Shown here: positions 1 through 8,688 of the stretch, piece by piece
Layout: every line of letters begins with the position of its first letter
Position numbering within the stretch: the stretch's first letter is position 1
Assembly: GCA_038227875.1 (NCBI GenBank)
Contig: JBBRPR010000016.1
Coordinates: 32,001-96,000 of the forward strand
Origin: Planctomycetota bacterium
GTDB taxonomy: Bacteria > Planctomycetota > SZUA-567 > H5-PLA8
Length of the DNA: 64,000 nt
Direction: 5' to 3'
Notes under the pieces: model-generated
Databases searched by the model: none
The model's input: the letters and a program-made list of their open reading frames with translations, nothing else
What the model was told of the DNA's origin: nothing
Program-made: the position numbers and the translations under genes

Positions 1-1
1 C

Positions 2-2488
2 GTTCAAAGCGGTTATCCAGTAGTGGTCTATGAGGCGGGGAGCGACGTCGATGGCGATCCGTTGACCTATTCGATTATCAGCGGACCTGCGCACGGCACG
101 TTCAGTGGACCCATCGTTACCTGGATGGGAAATGCATTGACCTATACGCCCAATGCTGGTTTCGTCGGGACCGACACCATTACCTATAAAGTCAACGATG
201 GCGTACTCGACAGCACGCCCGGAACCCTCACGTTTACAGTTACGCTGCCGGAATTGCCGCCAGTCGCCGCATTTCAAGCGCTAAGCACGCCTGACAATGT
301 GCCGCTGCCGATTGCGTTGTTCGGGACTGATCCCAACAATGATCCGCTGTATTTCGAAGTGCTGACCCAGCCTTTACACGGCGTGTTGACCGGCACGCCT
401 CCGAATTTAATTTACACCCCGACGCTCTACTATTCGGGTCCCGATGCGTTTCTGTTCAGAATCGGCGACGGCAAGCTGTTCAGCGCCGCGGGGATGATTT
501 CAATCACCGTCTCACACACCAATATTCCTCCGACTGTTGCCATCACATCGCCAGTGAACAATGCATCGTTCGCGGCGCTCTCGCCCATCGTCCTGACCGC
601 CACCGCTGGAGATGTTGATGGAACAGTATCGAAAGTTGATTTTTATCAGGGCACAACTCTGATCGGAACGGCTACCAGCAGTCCTTTTAAGCTCACGTGG
701 AATTCGGTTCCGGCCGGCACCTACAGTTTGACTGCAGTAGCTACGGACAACTCCGGCGCAACGACGACCTCTGCAATTGTGACGGTCACGAGCGCCAAGA
801 CCGTTCCCGTCGTGAGTTGGAGCAATCCAGCGGCGGTGGTTTACGGAACCGCGCTGAGCGCCACGCAACTCAATGCCACGACGAGCGTGCCGGGAACGTT
901 TGTCTATACGCCCGCCAGCGGCGTTGTGTTGAACGCAGGCGCCCAAACACTTTCGGTTACATTCAAGCCGACGGATGTCGTGAATTATACCAACGTGACC
1001 CAGACGGTTACGCTCACGGTGAACAAGGCTCCGCTGACGATTACTGCTGACGCGAAGACCAAGAAAATCGGCGCGCCACTGCCAGCCTTGACGGCCAGCT
1101 ACTCTGGATTCGTCAACAACGACTCTGTTGCCTCGCTCAGCATCGCGGCAACGCTGACGACGACAGCGACCGCCGCCAGTCCCGCTGGAACGTACCCGGT
1201 TAATGTCAGCGGCGTCGTCAGCACAAATTACGCGATCACCTACGTGGCAGGAACGTTAACCGTAACGAATTTAGTCGTCCCGACGATCACCTGGGCCAAC
1301 CCCGCAGCGATTACCGCAGGCACAGCGCTCAGCGCGACGCAGCTTAACGCCACTGCAAGCGTGCCGGGGACGTTCGTTTATACGCCCGCCAGCGGGACTG
1401 TACTGAGCGCGGGTACACAGACGCTGTCCGTTACCTTTACTCCAACCAATACTACAGCGTATTCCACCGCGACGGCGACGGTTTCAATTCTGGTGAATAA
1501 AGTCACGCCAATCATCACATGGACCAATCCCGCTGCGATTACTTTCGGAACCGCGCTCGGCGCCACGCAGCTCAGTGCATCCGCAAATGTCCCCGGAGCG
1601 TTCGCGTACTTGCCAACCACTGGAACCGTGCTCGCCGTGGGAGCCCAAACGCTCACCACCATATTTACGCCCACCAACACAGCACTGTATGCCACCACAC
1701 CTGCGCGGGTGACTCTCCAGGTCAACAAGGCAACGCCGGTCGTCACGTGGCCCAATCCCCCAGCGATCCCCGTGGGGACCGCCCTCAGTGCCGCGCAGCT
1801 CAATGCGACCGCGAATGTCGCCGGCACCTTCGCCTACACGCCAGGCAACGGTACCGTTCTGACGGTTGGGACTCACACCGTGACCGTCGTCTTCACACCG
1901 AGTGACTCGTTCGACTACACACCCGTGACTCAGTCGGCCATCGTCACCGTGACGGCGTCGGGCGCTGGAACTGTCGGCGGGGTCGGCACACCGAATGACG
2001 TGGGCGCTGCGGGCACCGCACGAAATCCAATCCCGATAACGATGACCAAAGTACAAGGCGTCGTAAAACCGGCAGCCGGACATGATTCCGCAGTACTTTC
2101 GGGAGTCATCCCGAACGTCGCCAGGGGATTCTCGCCCGCTGGCAAAGTGCTTTCAGTCACTCTCAATGGAGCCACCGTCGACTTCACTCTTACAAGCACC
2201 GGCCATGCGAAATCGGCCAATGGAGCGAGCGTCGCGAGCCTGAAATTCAAACCGGTGCTCCACAGCAAGACCACGCCCAAATCGCTCTTTCAAGGCGGCA
2301 ACGTCTCCTTCACCATTGCGCTAAAAGCGGGAACGTGGTCTTCAGTCTGGGGCATGAATCCCAACATTGGCGCGACGTCGCTTGTCGATCTGGCCACGAC
2401 GATCGTTCTTGATGGTACTTACTACGCAGCCACATTCGAAGTGAAGCTGACGTCGAAGCCCAAATTGGGCGGCTCCTTCAAAAACTAG
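2..2488 (+). CDS. Large Ig-like/MBG repeat surface protein (5'-partial)
   Basis: The frame is open from the window edge. It has cadherin-like Ig repeats (DVDGDPLTYSI..P.HGT, DPNNDPL..EVLTQPLHG), a Big_7-like domain (PPTVAITSP..DVDGTVSKVDFY), an MBG-like domain (KAPLTITADAKTK) and four P.ITW.NPA.I..GTAL.A.QL.A repeats. Confidence 0.85.
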   Translation, partial: VQSGYPVVVYEAGSDVDGDPLTYSIISGPAHGTFSGPIVTWMGNALTYTPNAGFVGTDTITYKVNDGVLDSTPGTLTFTVTLPELPPVAAFQALSTPDNVPLPIALFGTDPNNDPLYFEVLTQPLHGVLTGTPPNLIYTPTLYYSGPDAFLFRIGDGKLFSAAGMISITVSHTNIPPTVAITSPVNNASFAALSPIVLTATAGDVDGTVSKVDFYQGTTLIGTATSSPFKLTWNSVPAGTYSLTAVATDNSGATTTSAIVTVTSAKTVPVVSWSNPAAVVYGTALSATQLNATTSVPGTFVYTPASGVVLNAGAQTLSVTFKPTDVVNYTNVTQTVTLTVNKAPLTITADAKTKKIGAPLPALTASYSGFVNNDSVASLSIAATLTTTATAASPAGTYPVNVSGVVSTNYAITYVAGTLTVTNLVVPTITWANPAAITAGTALSATQLNATASVPGTFVYTPASGTVLSAGTQTLSVTFTPTNTTAYSTATATVSILVNKVTPIITWTNPAAITFGTALGATQLSASANVPGAFAYLPTTGTVLAVGAQTLTTIFTPTNTALYATTPARVTLQVNKATPVVTWPNPPAIPVGTALSAAQLNATANVAGTFAYTPGNGTVLTVGTHTVTVVFTPSDSFDYTPVTQSAIVTVTASGAGTVGGVGTPNDVGAAGTARNPIPITMTKVQGVVKPAAGHDSAVLSGVIPNVARGFSPAGKVLSVTLNGATVDFTLTSTGHAKSANGASVASLKFKPVLHSKTTPKSLFQGGNVSFTIALKAGTWSSVWGMNPNIGATSLVDLATTIVLDGTYYAATFEVKLTSKPKLGGSFKN

Positions 2489-2530
2489 CCACTGCTCCAC
2501 GTGAGACCGAGCGACGATGCGTAGAGGCGA

Positions 2531-2559
2531 ATGACATCCCATAACGCCCATGGTATACT
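2531..2559 (+). promoter_or_regulatory. sigma70-like promoter for metG
   Basis: ATGACA, 17-bp spacer, TATACT, with TG-N before the -10 (extended -10). Confidence 0.6.
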
Positions 2560-2606
2560 TCCAGTTCCGCATGCCTGGCATGCGTTGAACCGGAGGCACT
2601 GCTGCA

Positions 2607-4337
2607 TTGAAAAAAGTTCTCGTAACCAGCGCGCTACCTTATGCCAATGGGCGCGTCCACATCGGGCATCTCGCGGGCGCTTATCTTCCATCTGATATTT
2701 ACGTGAGGTGGCTGCGGCTGAAGGGCTGCGACGTCCGCTACATTTGCGGCTCTGACGAACACGGCGTCCCGATCACGCTCACGGCGCTGAAACGCAAAAC
2801 CACGCCGCAACTGGTGGTTGACGAATTCCACGCCGCCAACGGCGCAGCCTTCGAAGCAGCAGATGTGAAGTTCGATATCTGGGGGCGCACATCCAGCGCC
2901 GAACATCATGCGCTGACCCAGCAATTTTTCACGCGGCTCTACAACAAGGGCTACATCGAGAAACGCACGACGCAGCAGTTGTACTCCGAAAAGTCGAAGA
3001 TGTTCCTGCCCGATCGTTACGTTGAAGGAGAATGCCCCGTCTGCCACGACGCCAATGCGCGCGGCGATCAGTGCGATAAATGCGGGAGCACGTACGAAGT
3101 CACGGAGTTGATCAAGCCGCGAGTTGCGATCGAAGGCGACGGCTCGACGCCGGTGCTGAAGTCGACGGCGCATTGGTTTTTGAAGCTCGACGCGTTCTCC
3201 GACCGCTTGAAACAGTGGGTGGCGACGCACGCCGACGGCACGCCGCAGACGTGGCGCGTCAATGCGCAACGCGAAGCGAATTCGTGGCTGAAGCGCGGCC
3301 TGCAGCCGCGCGCGATCACCCGCGATACAAGCTGGGGCGTGGAAATCCCGTTGCCCGAAGATGCTGACGCTCCAGGCAAACGACTGTACGTCTGGTTCGA
3401 CGCGCCGATCGGGTACGTCACGTTTACGCAACAGTTATTCGCGAAGGAAGGAACGCCGGAGCGTTGGAAGGAGTTCTGGCAGAATCCCGATGCGGAGATC
3501 ATCAACTTCATCGGCAAGGACAACATTCCGTTCCATGCGATCACATGGCCTGCGATGCAGATCGGCGCGAACGAAGATGTGCCGGCAGGCGAGAAGCCGT
3601 ACCAGCTCGTCACACAAGTTGTCTCCAATGAATTTTTGAATCTCGGCGAGGACAAGTTCAGCAAATCGCGCGGGAACATCATCGAGATCGGCTGGTTTGC
3701 CGAAAAGTACGGCAGTGAAGCGCTGCGTTACTACCTCACGGCCGTCGCGCCGGAGGGCAGCGACAGCACATTCACATGGGACGATTTCCTGCAGCGCTAC
3801 AACGGCGAACTCGCGGACATCCTCGGCAACTATGTTCATCGCGTGGTGACGTTCGCGGTCAACAAGCTCGGAGCGAAGGTTCCTGAGGTGAGCGATCTGG
3901 GCACTCATTCGGCGTTTGCAGCGGAGACGCAGACGGCTGTGTCGACGACGGGCGTGCTGCTGGATGGCTTTCAGTTCCGCAACGCGATCTCCACCGTGAT
4001 CGCCAGCGCGCGCGCGGGCAATGTGTACTTCGATTCCAACGCGCCGTGGAAGTCGATCAAGAGCGATCCGGCGGAATGCAACCGGCTGATCTATGTCTGT
4101 CTGTGCCGCGCGGCGGCGATCGGCTTGATGCTCCGCCCGTTCCTGCCCAAGAGCGCCGCGGCAATCCTGAAAAACTTCGGCCTCGAGAATGCATTTGCGG
4201 CCGGAAGTTCGAACCTGCGCGCTGAAGATGTGGTTAAGCCCGGCGCGATAATCAACAAGCCGGAAGTACTGTTCAAGAAGCTTGAAGCGAAAGATCTGCC
4301 GCAGGACGAAGCGGCGCCGAAAGACGTGAAGAAGTAG
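2607..4337 (+). CDS. metG: Methionine--tRNA ligase (short form)
   Basis: TSALPYANGRVHIGH (HIGH), GSDEHG, Zn knuckle CPVC..CDKC, YVWFDAPIGY, KFSKS (KMSKS-like). TTG start after GGAGG. Confidence 0.97.
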   Translation: MKKVLVTSALPYANGRVHIGHLAGAYLPSDIYVRWLRLKGCDVRYICGSDEHGVPITLTALKRKTTPQLVVDEFHAANGAAFEAADVKFDIWGRTSSAEHHALTQQFFTRLYNKGYIEKRTTQQLYSEKSKMFLPDRYVEGECPVCHDANARGDQCDKCGSTYEVTELIKPRVAIEGDGSTPVLKSTAHWFLKLDAFSDRLKQWVATHADGTPQTWRVNAQREANSWLKRGLQPRAITRDTSWGVEIPLPEDADAPGKRLYVWFDAPIGYVTFTQQLFAKEGTPERWKEFWQNPDAEIINFIGKDNIPFHAITWPAMQIGANEDVPAGEKPYQLVTQVVSNEFLNLGEDKFSKSRGNIIEIGWFAEKYGSEALRYYLTAVAPEGSDSTFTWDDFLQRYNGELADILGNYVHRVVTFAVNKLGAKVPEVSDLGTHSAFAAETQTAVSTTGVLLDGFQFRNAISTVIASARAGNVYFDSNAPWKSIKSDPAECNRLIYVCLCRAAAIGLMLRPFLPKSAAAILKNFGLENAFAAGSSNLRAEDVVKPGAIINKPEVLFKKLEAKDLPQDEAAPKDVKK

Positions 4338-4381
4338 GGCGCAGCGTCGTCCGTCGTTTACCTGCGGGAGACAGAGTCCGA

Positions 4382-5308
4382 ATGCGACATGTAATTCTGG
4401 CCATGACACTGCTCTGTTCCGGAATTTTTGCGGCCAGCGAAAAGCCGTCCGGCACGGAGATCAAGGCGGCGCTGGAGCGCGGAAAAATCGTACGCGACGT
4501 CAAGGAACTCATTCCCGCTGCGCTGGGCAAGAATGCGTTTGTGATCAAGATCAACGGCGTGCGTTGCGGACACGGAATTACGACGCTGGAAGACGCGAAG
4601 GGCGAAGGCGGCGCGGTCTACAAACTAACGGAAGAAGCCCGCTCGGCGCAGGCCGACGACGATTCGGCGCGGATCTATGACTATAAAGGGACATACCTCC
4701 TCAACAGCCGGCTCGGGCTGGTTTCCGGCACGTTACGCTGGAAAGAGACGACTAAAAATCTCGCTGAGAAGAAAGACGATGTGACGGAAGAATCCTGTTC
4801 CATGCGCGTGGAGAAAGACGTGCTGAAATGGGAGGCGACCGTCGGAGGCGAGACCACGAAAGACAGCACGCCGCTCAATGGAGAAACGCCGATTCCGCAG
4901 AGCATCCTCTGCTCGCTGTCGGCGTTTCTTGGAAAATCGAGCGAGGGATTCGGCAAGCCGATCTGCGTGCCCGAACTGTCACCGCGCGCAGACAAGGATG
5001 CGTTCGACATTCAGACCGCCTGGGTCACGTTCGAGCAAGCCAAGGAGAAATCGACCGCCGGATTCGCGAAATTGATTCACCTCGTCGGTGCGCCGGAACG
5101 CAAAGAGATCGAAGGCCTGTCCAGCGTGTCGTGGTCCGCGCCACAGGTGCTGACGCTCGATGGCGTATCGATCACGAGCTACCCGGCGGCCGCGCCTGGA
5201 ATTGATGTAGAGCCGATTGCTCCGGAGAAGCTGGATCCGGATGCGTCCCTGGACCTTGCCAAAATCGCGGCGGCGGCAAGCGAAGTCATGGGGCCAAAAA
5301 AGCCGTAA
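4382..5308 (+). CDS. Hypothetical secreted protein
   Basis: N-terminal signal peptide MRHVILAMTLLCSGIFA; follows metG on the same strand. Confidence 0.7.
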   Translation: MRHVILAMTLLCSGIFAASEKPSGTEIKAALERGKIVRDVKELIPAALGKNAFVIKINGVRCGHGITTLEDAKGEGGAVYKLTEEARSAQADDDSARIYDYKGTYLLNSRLGLVSGTLRWKETTKNLAEKKDDVTEESCSMRVEKDVLKWEATVGGETTKDSTPLNGETPIPQSILCSLSAFLGKSSEGFGKPICVPELSPRADKDAFDIQTAWVTFEQAKEKSTAGFAKLIHLVGAPERKEIEGLSSVSWSAPQVLTLDGVSITSYPAAAPGIDVEPIAPEKLDPDASLDLAKIAAAASEVMGPKKP

Positions 5309-5366
5309 TTAAAACGCAGCGAAATCGTCGAACTCCTGAGATTCTGAATCGATGGAGCAGCACAGT

Positions 5367-7037
5367 ATGCGGGTTCGCGCGGCATTGACCTTCCTGATAC
5401 TCGCAATGCTGCCTCTTCACGCAGCGACGGTATTACTGAAGGACGGCTCAACGCTCAGCGGAGACATTCAAAACGTCGAGTGGGATTTCTACTCGGTCCT
5501 GCAAACCACGAAATCCGGCACCGCGCGCCGCATCATTCCGCGCTCAGACGTTGTGAAAATTGACGGCGCATCGGACGCTGAAAAAGCAATTCTTGGGCGC
5601 CCCGATCCGGATTTCGATACCAGCGAAGAGCAGAATCGCAACGAGTTGCCGATCGAACGGCACCTGGCGGTCGAAGCGCTGCAAGCGTGGTACGGCGCGG
5701 ATCTGGATTTAAAAGGCGACGCGGCGCTCGCGAAATCCGTGCAGCGCGCGGAGGCGCTGATCATCGGCTACCTGCGGGTGAATGATGCGGCCAAGCGCAA
5801 ACTGTGGCTCGACGAATTGCAGGACCTGAAACTCGAGCCGCAAATGGTGCGCGCAATTCTGCAGAGCGGTCCGTATGCGCTGGGCGCGGAGTTGAAGACC
5901 GGCCGCTTTCGCATGCGCACTCCCGTGAACGGCGTCGAGGGCGGCATCGTCAATTTCACGGCGCACGTTCCGGAAAGTTACACCAGCAGGAAGAAGTGGC
6001 CGGTGATTCTGCTGCTGCACGGCACGCTGAACAACGGCGATCAGTACATGAATTTCTGGCTGAAGGACGAGATCGCAGCCGGCTATATCCTCATCGCGCC
6101 GTGGGCCAATCACGCGCACGCATATGGGCCTTCCGTTCTGGGTCGCGGGCAGGTTTTCGCGGCGCTCGAATGGGCGCTGACACATTACCGCGTCGATCCC
6201 GACCGCGTGTATATCACGGGATTGAGTATGGGCGGCGCAGGCGCCAAGCGTCTGGCAATTTTTCAACCCGACCGATTCGCGGCGGCTTGTTCGGATTCTG
6301 GCGCGCCGCTGGATCCCTCGCTGGAGGCGCAGTACAAAAATCTTTTCACTGTGCCGCTCTATTCGTGGAGCGGCGCGCGCGATCAGTTGGTGCCGAATGC
6401 GGTAGTACTCCACGAGAAGGAACTGGCCGAGGCGCTCAAACTTCCCCTCACGTACGCGATCGATCCCAATGGTGATCACGGCTCAAATCCCAACATCGCC
6501 GCGGATGCCGTGAAATTTTTCGAGGACAAAAAACGCTCGCGCTACCCCGATCGCGTAGTGCTGGCCTCGCAGGAGGACGAGCAGGGACTGCGGCATCACT
6601 ACGTCGAGATCACCCGCGCTGACGAGGCCGCAAATGTCCCGTATATGTTCAACGTGCTGAACATTATGAAAGTCGTCGACTATCCAAGCGGCGATCTGGA
6701 CAGAGCGCGCGATTTGAAAACAATGGTGGAGAAAGGCGGCGAGATCATCGTCGACCACCGCCGCATGTGGCGCAAAGCACGTGAGCTGGATCTACATCTC
6801 GATAAAGCCAAGAACACCGTGGTGCTCGACAGCGCCGCGTTGGTCCGAGCGTTCCGGATTTTCGTTGACGACGAGATGCTCGACCTCGATCAGGAGATCA
6901 AGGTCAGCTACAAAAATCAAATCGTGGCCACGCAGAAAATTACGCGTTCGATTGCGTTCATGCTGGAGGAAGCACGAAAGCACGGCCGACGAGATTTGTC
7001 GTACTGGGGCGCTATTGATGTGAAGCTCGCGCAGTAA
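5367..7037 (+). CDS. Secreted alpha/beta-hydrolase (esterase/peptidase)
   Basis: Signal peptide, WPVILLLHG, VDPDRVYITGLSMGG nucleophile elbow, GARD, GDHG. Confidence 0.8.
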   Translation: MRVRAALTFLILAMLPLHAATVLLKDGSTLSGDIQNVEWDFYSVLQTTKSGTARRIIPRSDVVKIDGASDAEKAILGRPDPDFDTSEEQNRNELPIERHLAVEALQAWYGADLDLKGDAALAKSVQRAEALIIGYLRVNDAAKRKLWLDELQDLKLEPQMVRAILQSGPYALGAELKTGRFRMRTPVNGVEGGIVNFTAHVPESYTSRKKWPVILLLHGTLNNGDQYMNFWLKDEIAAGYILIAPWANHAHAYGPSVLGRGQVFAALEWALTHYRVDPDRVYITGLSMGGAGAKRLAIFQPDRFAAACSDSGAPLDPSLEAQYKNLFTVPLYSWSGARDQLVPNAVVLHEKELAEALKLPLTYAIDPNGDHGSNPNIAADAVKFFEDKKRSRYPDRVVLASQEDEQGLRHHYVEITRADEAANVPYMFNVLNIMKVVDYPSGDLDRARDLKTMVEKGGEIIVDHRRMWRKARELDLHLDKAKNTVVLDSAALVRAFRIFVDDEMLDLDQEIKVSYKNQIVATQKITRSIAFMLEEARKHGRRDLSYWGAIDVKLAQ

Positions 7038-7042
7038 CCGCG

Positions 7043-7810
7043 TCAGGCCTGACCCAGCAACTCGGCCGAGTTGAGTTCCCGTACGCGGCGGAGCGTTTCA
7101 GGGGAAACATCGCTGCCGACGTTCAGCTTTTCCGCAACCGCTTCGAAGTAATAGAACGGCGAGTGGCTGCCAAAGACGATCCGCTCGCCACTGACGATCT
7201 TGAGCGCGTTGACCAGAGACTCACCGGATTCAACGGACGAAAGTTCGACCCATAGATTTTTCGCGGCGCTCTGCAGGTGCTTGAGTTCCGCATGATACGC
7301 TCCGCAGGCGAGGAAGCGGTTCTTCGGATGCGCGGCTGCCAGGGCGGCAACGTCCGCCGCCGGAACTCCGGGCACTTTCATCAGCGGGTGGTGCGCGCGC
7401 TCATCGACCATACGGAGCTGGAAGCTCACCGGCACATTTTCGGCGGCGGCCATCTCGAGCAGTTTTGTTACGCGTGCATCGTTGACCGGAAAGGAGTGGT
7501 AATTGGGCAGGAGCTTAAAGCCGCCGCAACGCCAATTTTTCAGGCAAGCGGCCGCATCGTCGAGATAGGTCGCCAGCGACACGTCAATCACCGCGAAGGG
7601 CACAAAAAACGGATCGGCTGAAACGGAAGTGAGCAGCGGCTCGTTACCCTCCATGGGATCGGGCAGGAGCACAGATTCCACCGCGGCAACCCAAGCCTGG
7701 GTCACGCCATGTTGCTTGAGATGAACCTTCAGGCCTTCGAATTCGGTCTGCGCAAGCTGGCGGAACGGCCAGTGACCGCAGAAAACGCTGGTATCGACAA
7801 GCGGAGTCAT
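7043..7810 (-). CDS. Amidohydrolase_2 family protein
   Basis: VDTSVFCGHWPFR, KLLPNYH, RIVFGSHSPF; overlaps its upstream partner by 4 bp. Confidence 0.85.
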   Translation of the reverse strand: MTPLVDTSVFCGHWPFRQLAQTEFEGLKVHLKQHGVTQAWVAAVESVLLPDPMEGNEPLLTSVSADPFFVPFAVIDVSLATYLDDAAACLKNWRCGGFKLLPNYHSFPVNDARVTKLLEMAAAENVPVSFQLRMVDERAHHPLMKVPGVPAADVAALAAAHPKNRFLACGAYHAELKHLQSAAKNLWVELSSVESGESLVNALKIVSGERIVFGSHSPFYYFEAVAEKLNVGSDVSPETLRRVRELNSAELLGQA

Positions 7811-8634
7811 CGGCGTGCCTCCTGTGCCAATTGAGGTACCGGATTGAAGCGGAGTACGCGCACGGCGTTATCGTGAAGGATCAGGCGGAGCTGCTCCGGC
7901 GTCAATGCCGCGCCGAGGACACGGCCGACCTGCGTGCCGAAGTCTCGGATGGGCCAATCGGAGCCGTAAATCACGCGCTCCGCGCCAAGTTGCCGCACCG
8001 CGTACTCCACGAGCGCGGCCTCTGGCTGCCCGCCGGACGTATCGATCAGCACATTCGGGCAATCGGCGATGTCGAGTACGCCGCGCGCGCCATCCCCGGT
8101 GAGATGCGCCATGATGATTGTGACTTTCGGAAAGCGCCGCGCCAGGTCTGCGACTTCCGCGGGCGTGGATTCTCCCGTTTCCTCCACGTTAGGGGTCTGC
8201 TTGTACCAGGCGTGGTAAAGGATCGGGACGTTCAGCTCCTCGACGCGGCGGAGAATTGGATCGTGACGGCGATCGGTGGCCTTCACCGCGACCCAGAATT
8301 TCAAGCCCTTCATCCCGCCGCGGACGACGCAGCGTTCGATTTCTCCGAGCGTGAATTCCGGCGGGTGGCTGACGTTGACGTAGCAGAATCCGGTGAAGAA
8401 TTCCGGATGTCGTTTCATTGCGGCAAGCGTGTTGGAATTGACGGTCGTTACATGCTCGGGCTGCGGATTCCAGCCGCCCACAGAAATCAGATTTCCCAGC
8501 ACAACACTGTGCTCCACGCCGTGGCGCCGGGCGAGCCGTATCATCGTTTCCATCTCCACTTCGGATGGAACAGGTCCGCCGGATTCGAGATGCGTGTGAA
8601 TATCAATAATGGGATACGGAGGTGCGCTGCCCAT
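7807..8634 (-). CDS. Amidohydrolase_2 family protein
   Basis: IIDIHTH, GLKFW, IIMAH, RVIYGSDWP. Confidence 0.9.
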   Translation of the reverse strand: MGSAPPYPIIDIHTHLESGGPVPSEVEMETMIRLARRHGVEHSVVLGNLISVGGWNPQPEHVTTVNSNTLAAMKRHPEFFTGFCYVNVSHPPEFTLGEIERCVVRGGMKGLKFWVAVKATDRRHDPILRRVEELNVPILYHAWYKQTPNVEETGESTPAEVADLARRFPKVTIIMAHLTGDGARGVLDIADCPNVLIDTSGGQPEAALVEYAVRQLGAERVIYGSDWPIRDFGTQVGRVLGAALTPEQLRLILHDNAVRVLRFNPVPQLAQEARR

Positions 8635-8688
8635 GATTGTTCCCCGCGTGCTTAAGAATTAGTTCACGGGGATTGTACAGAACGCCGC

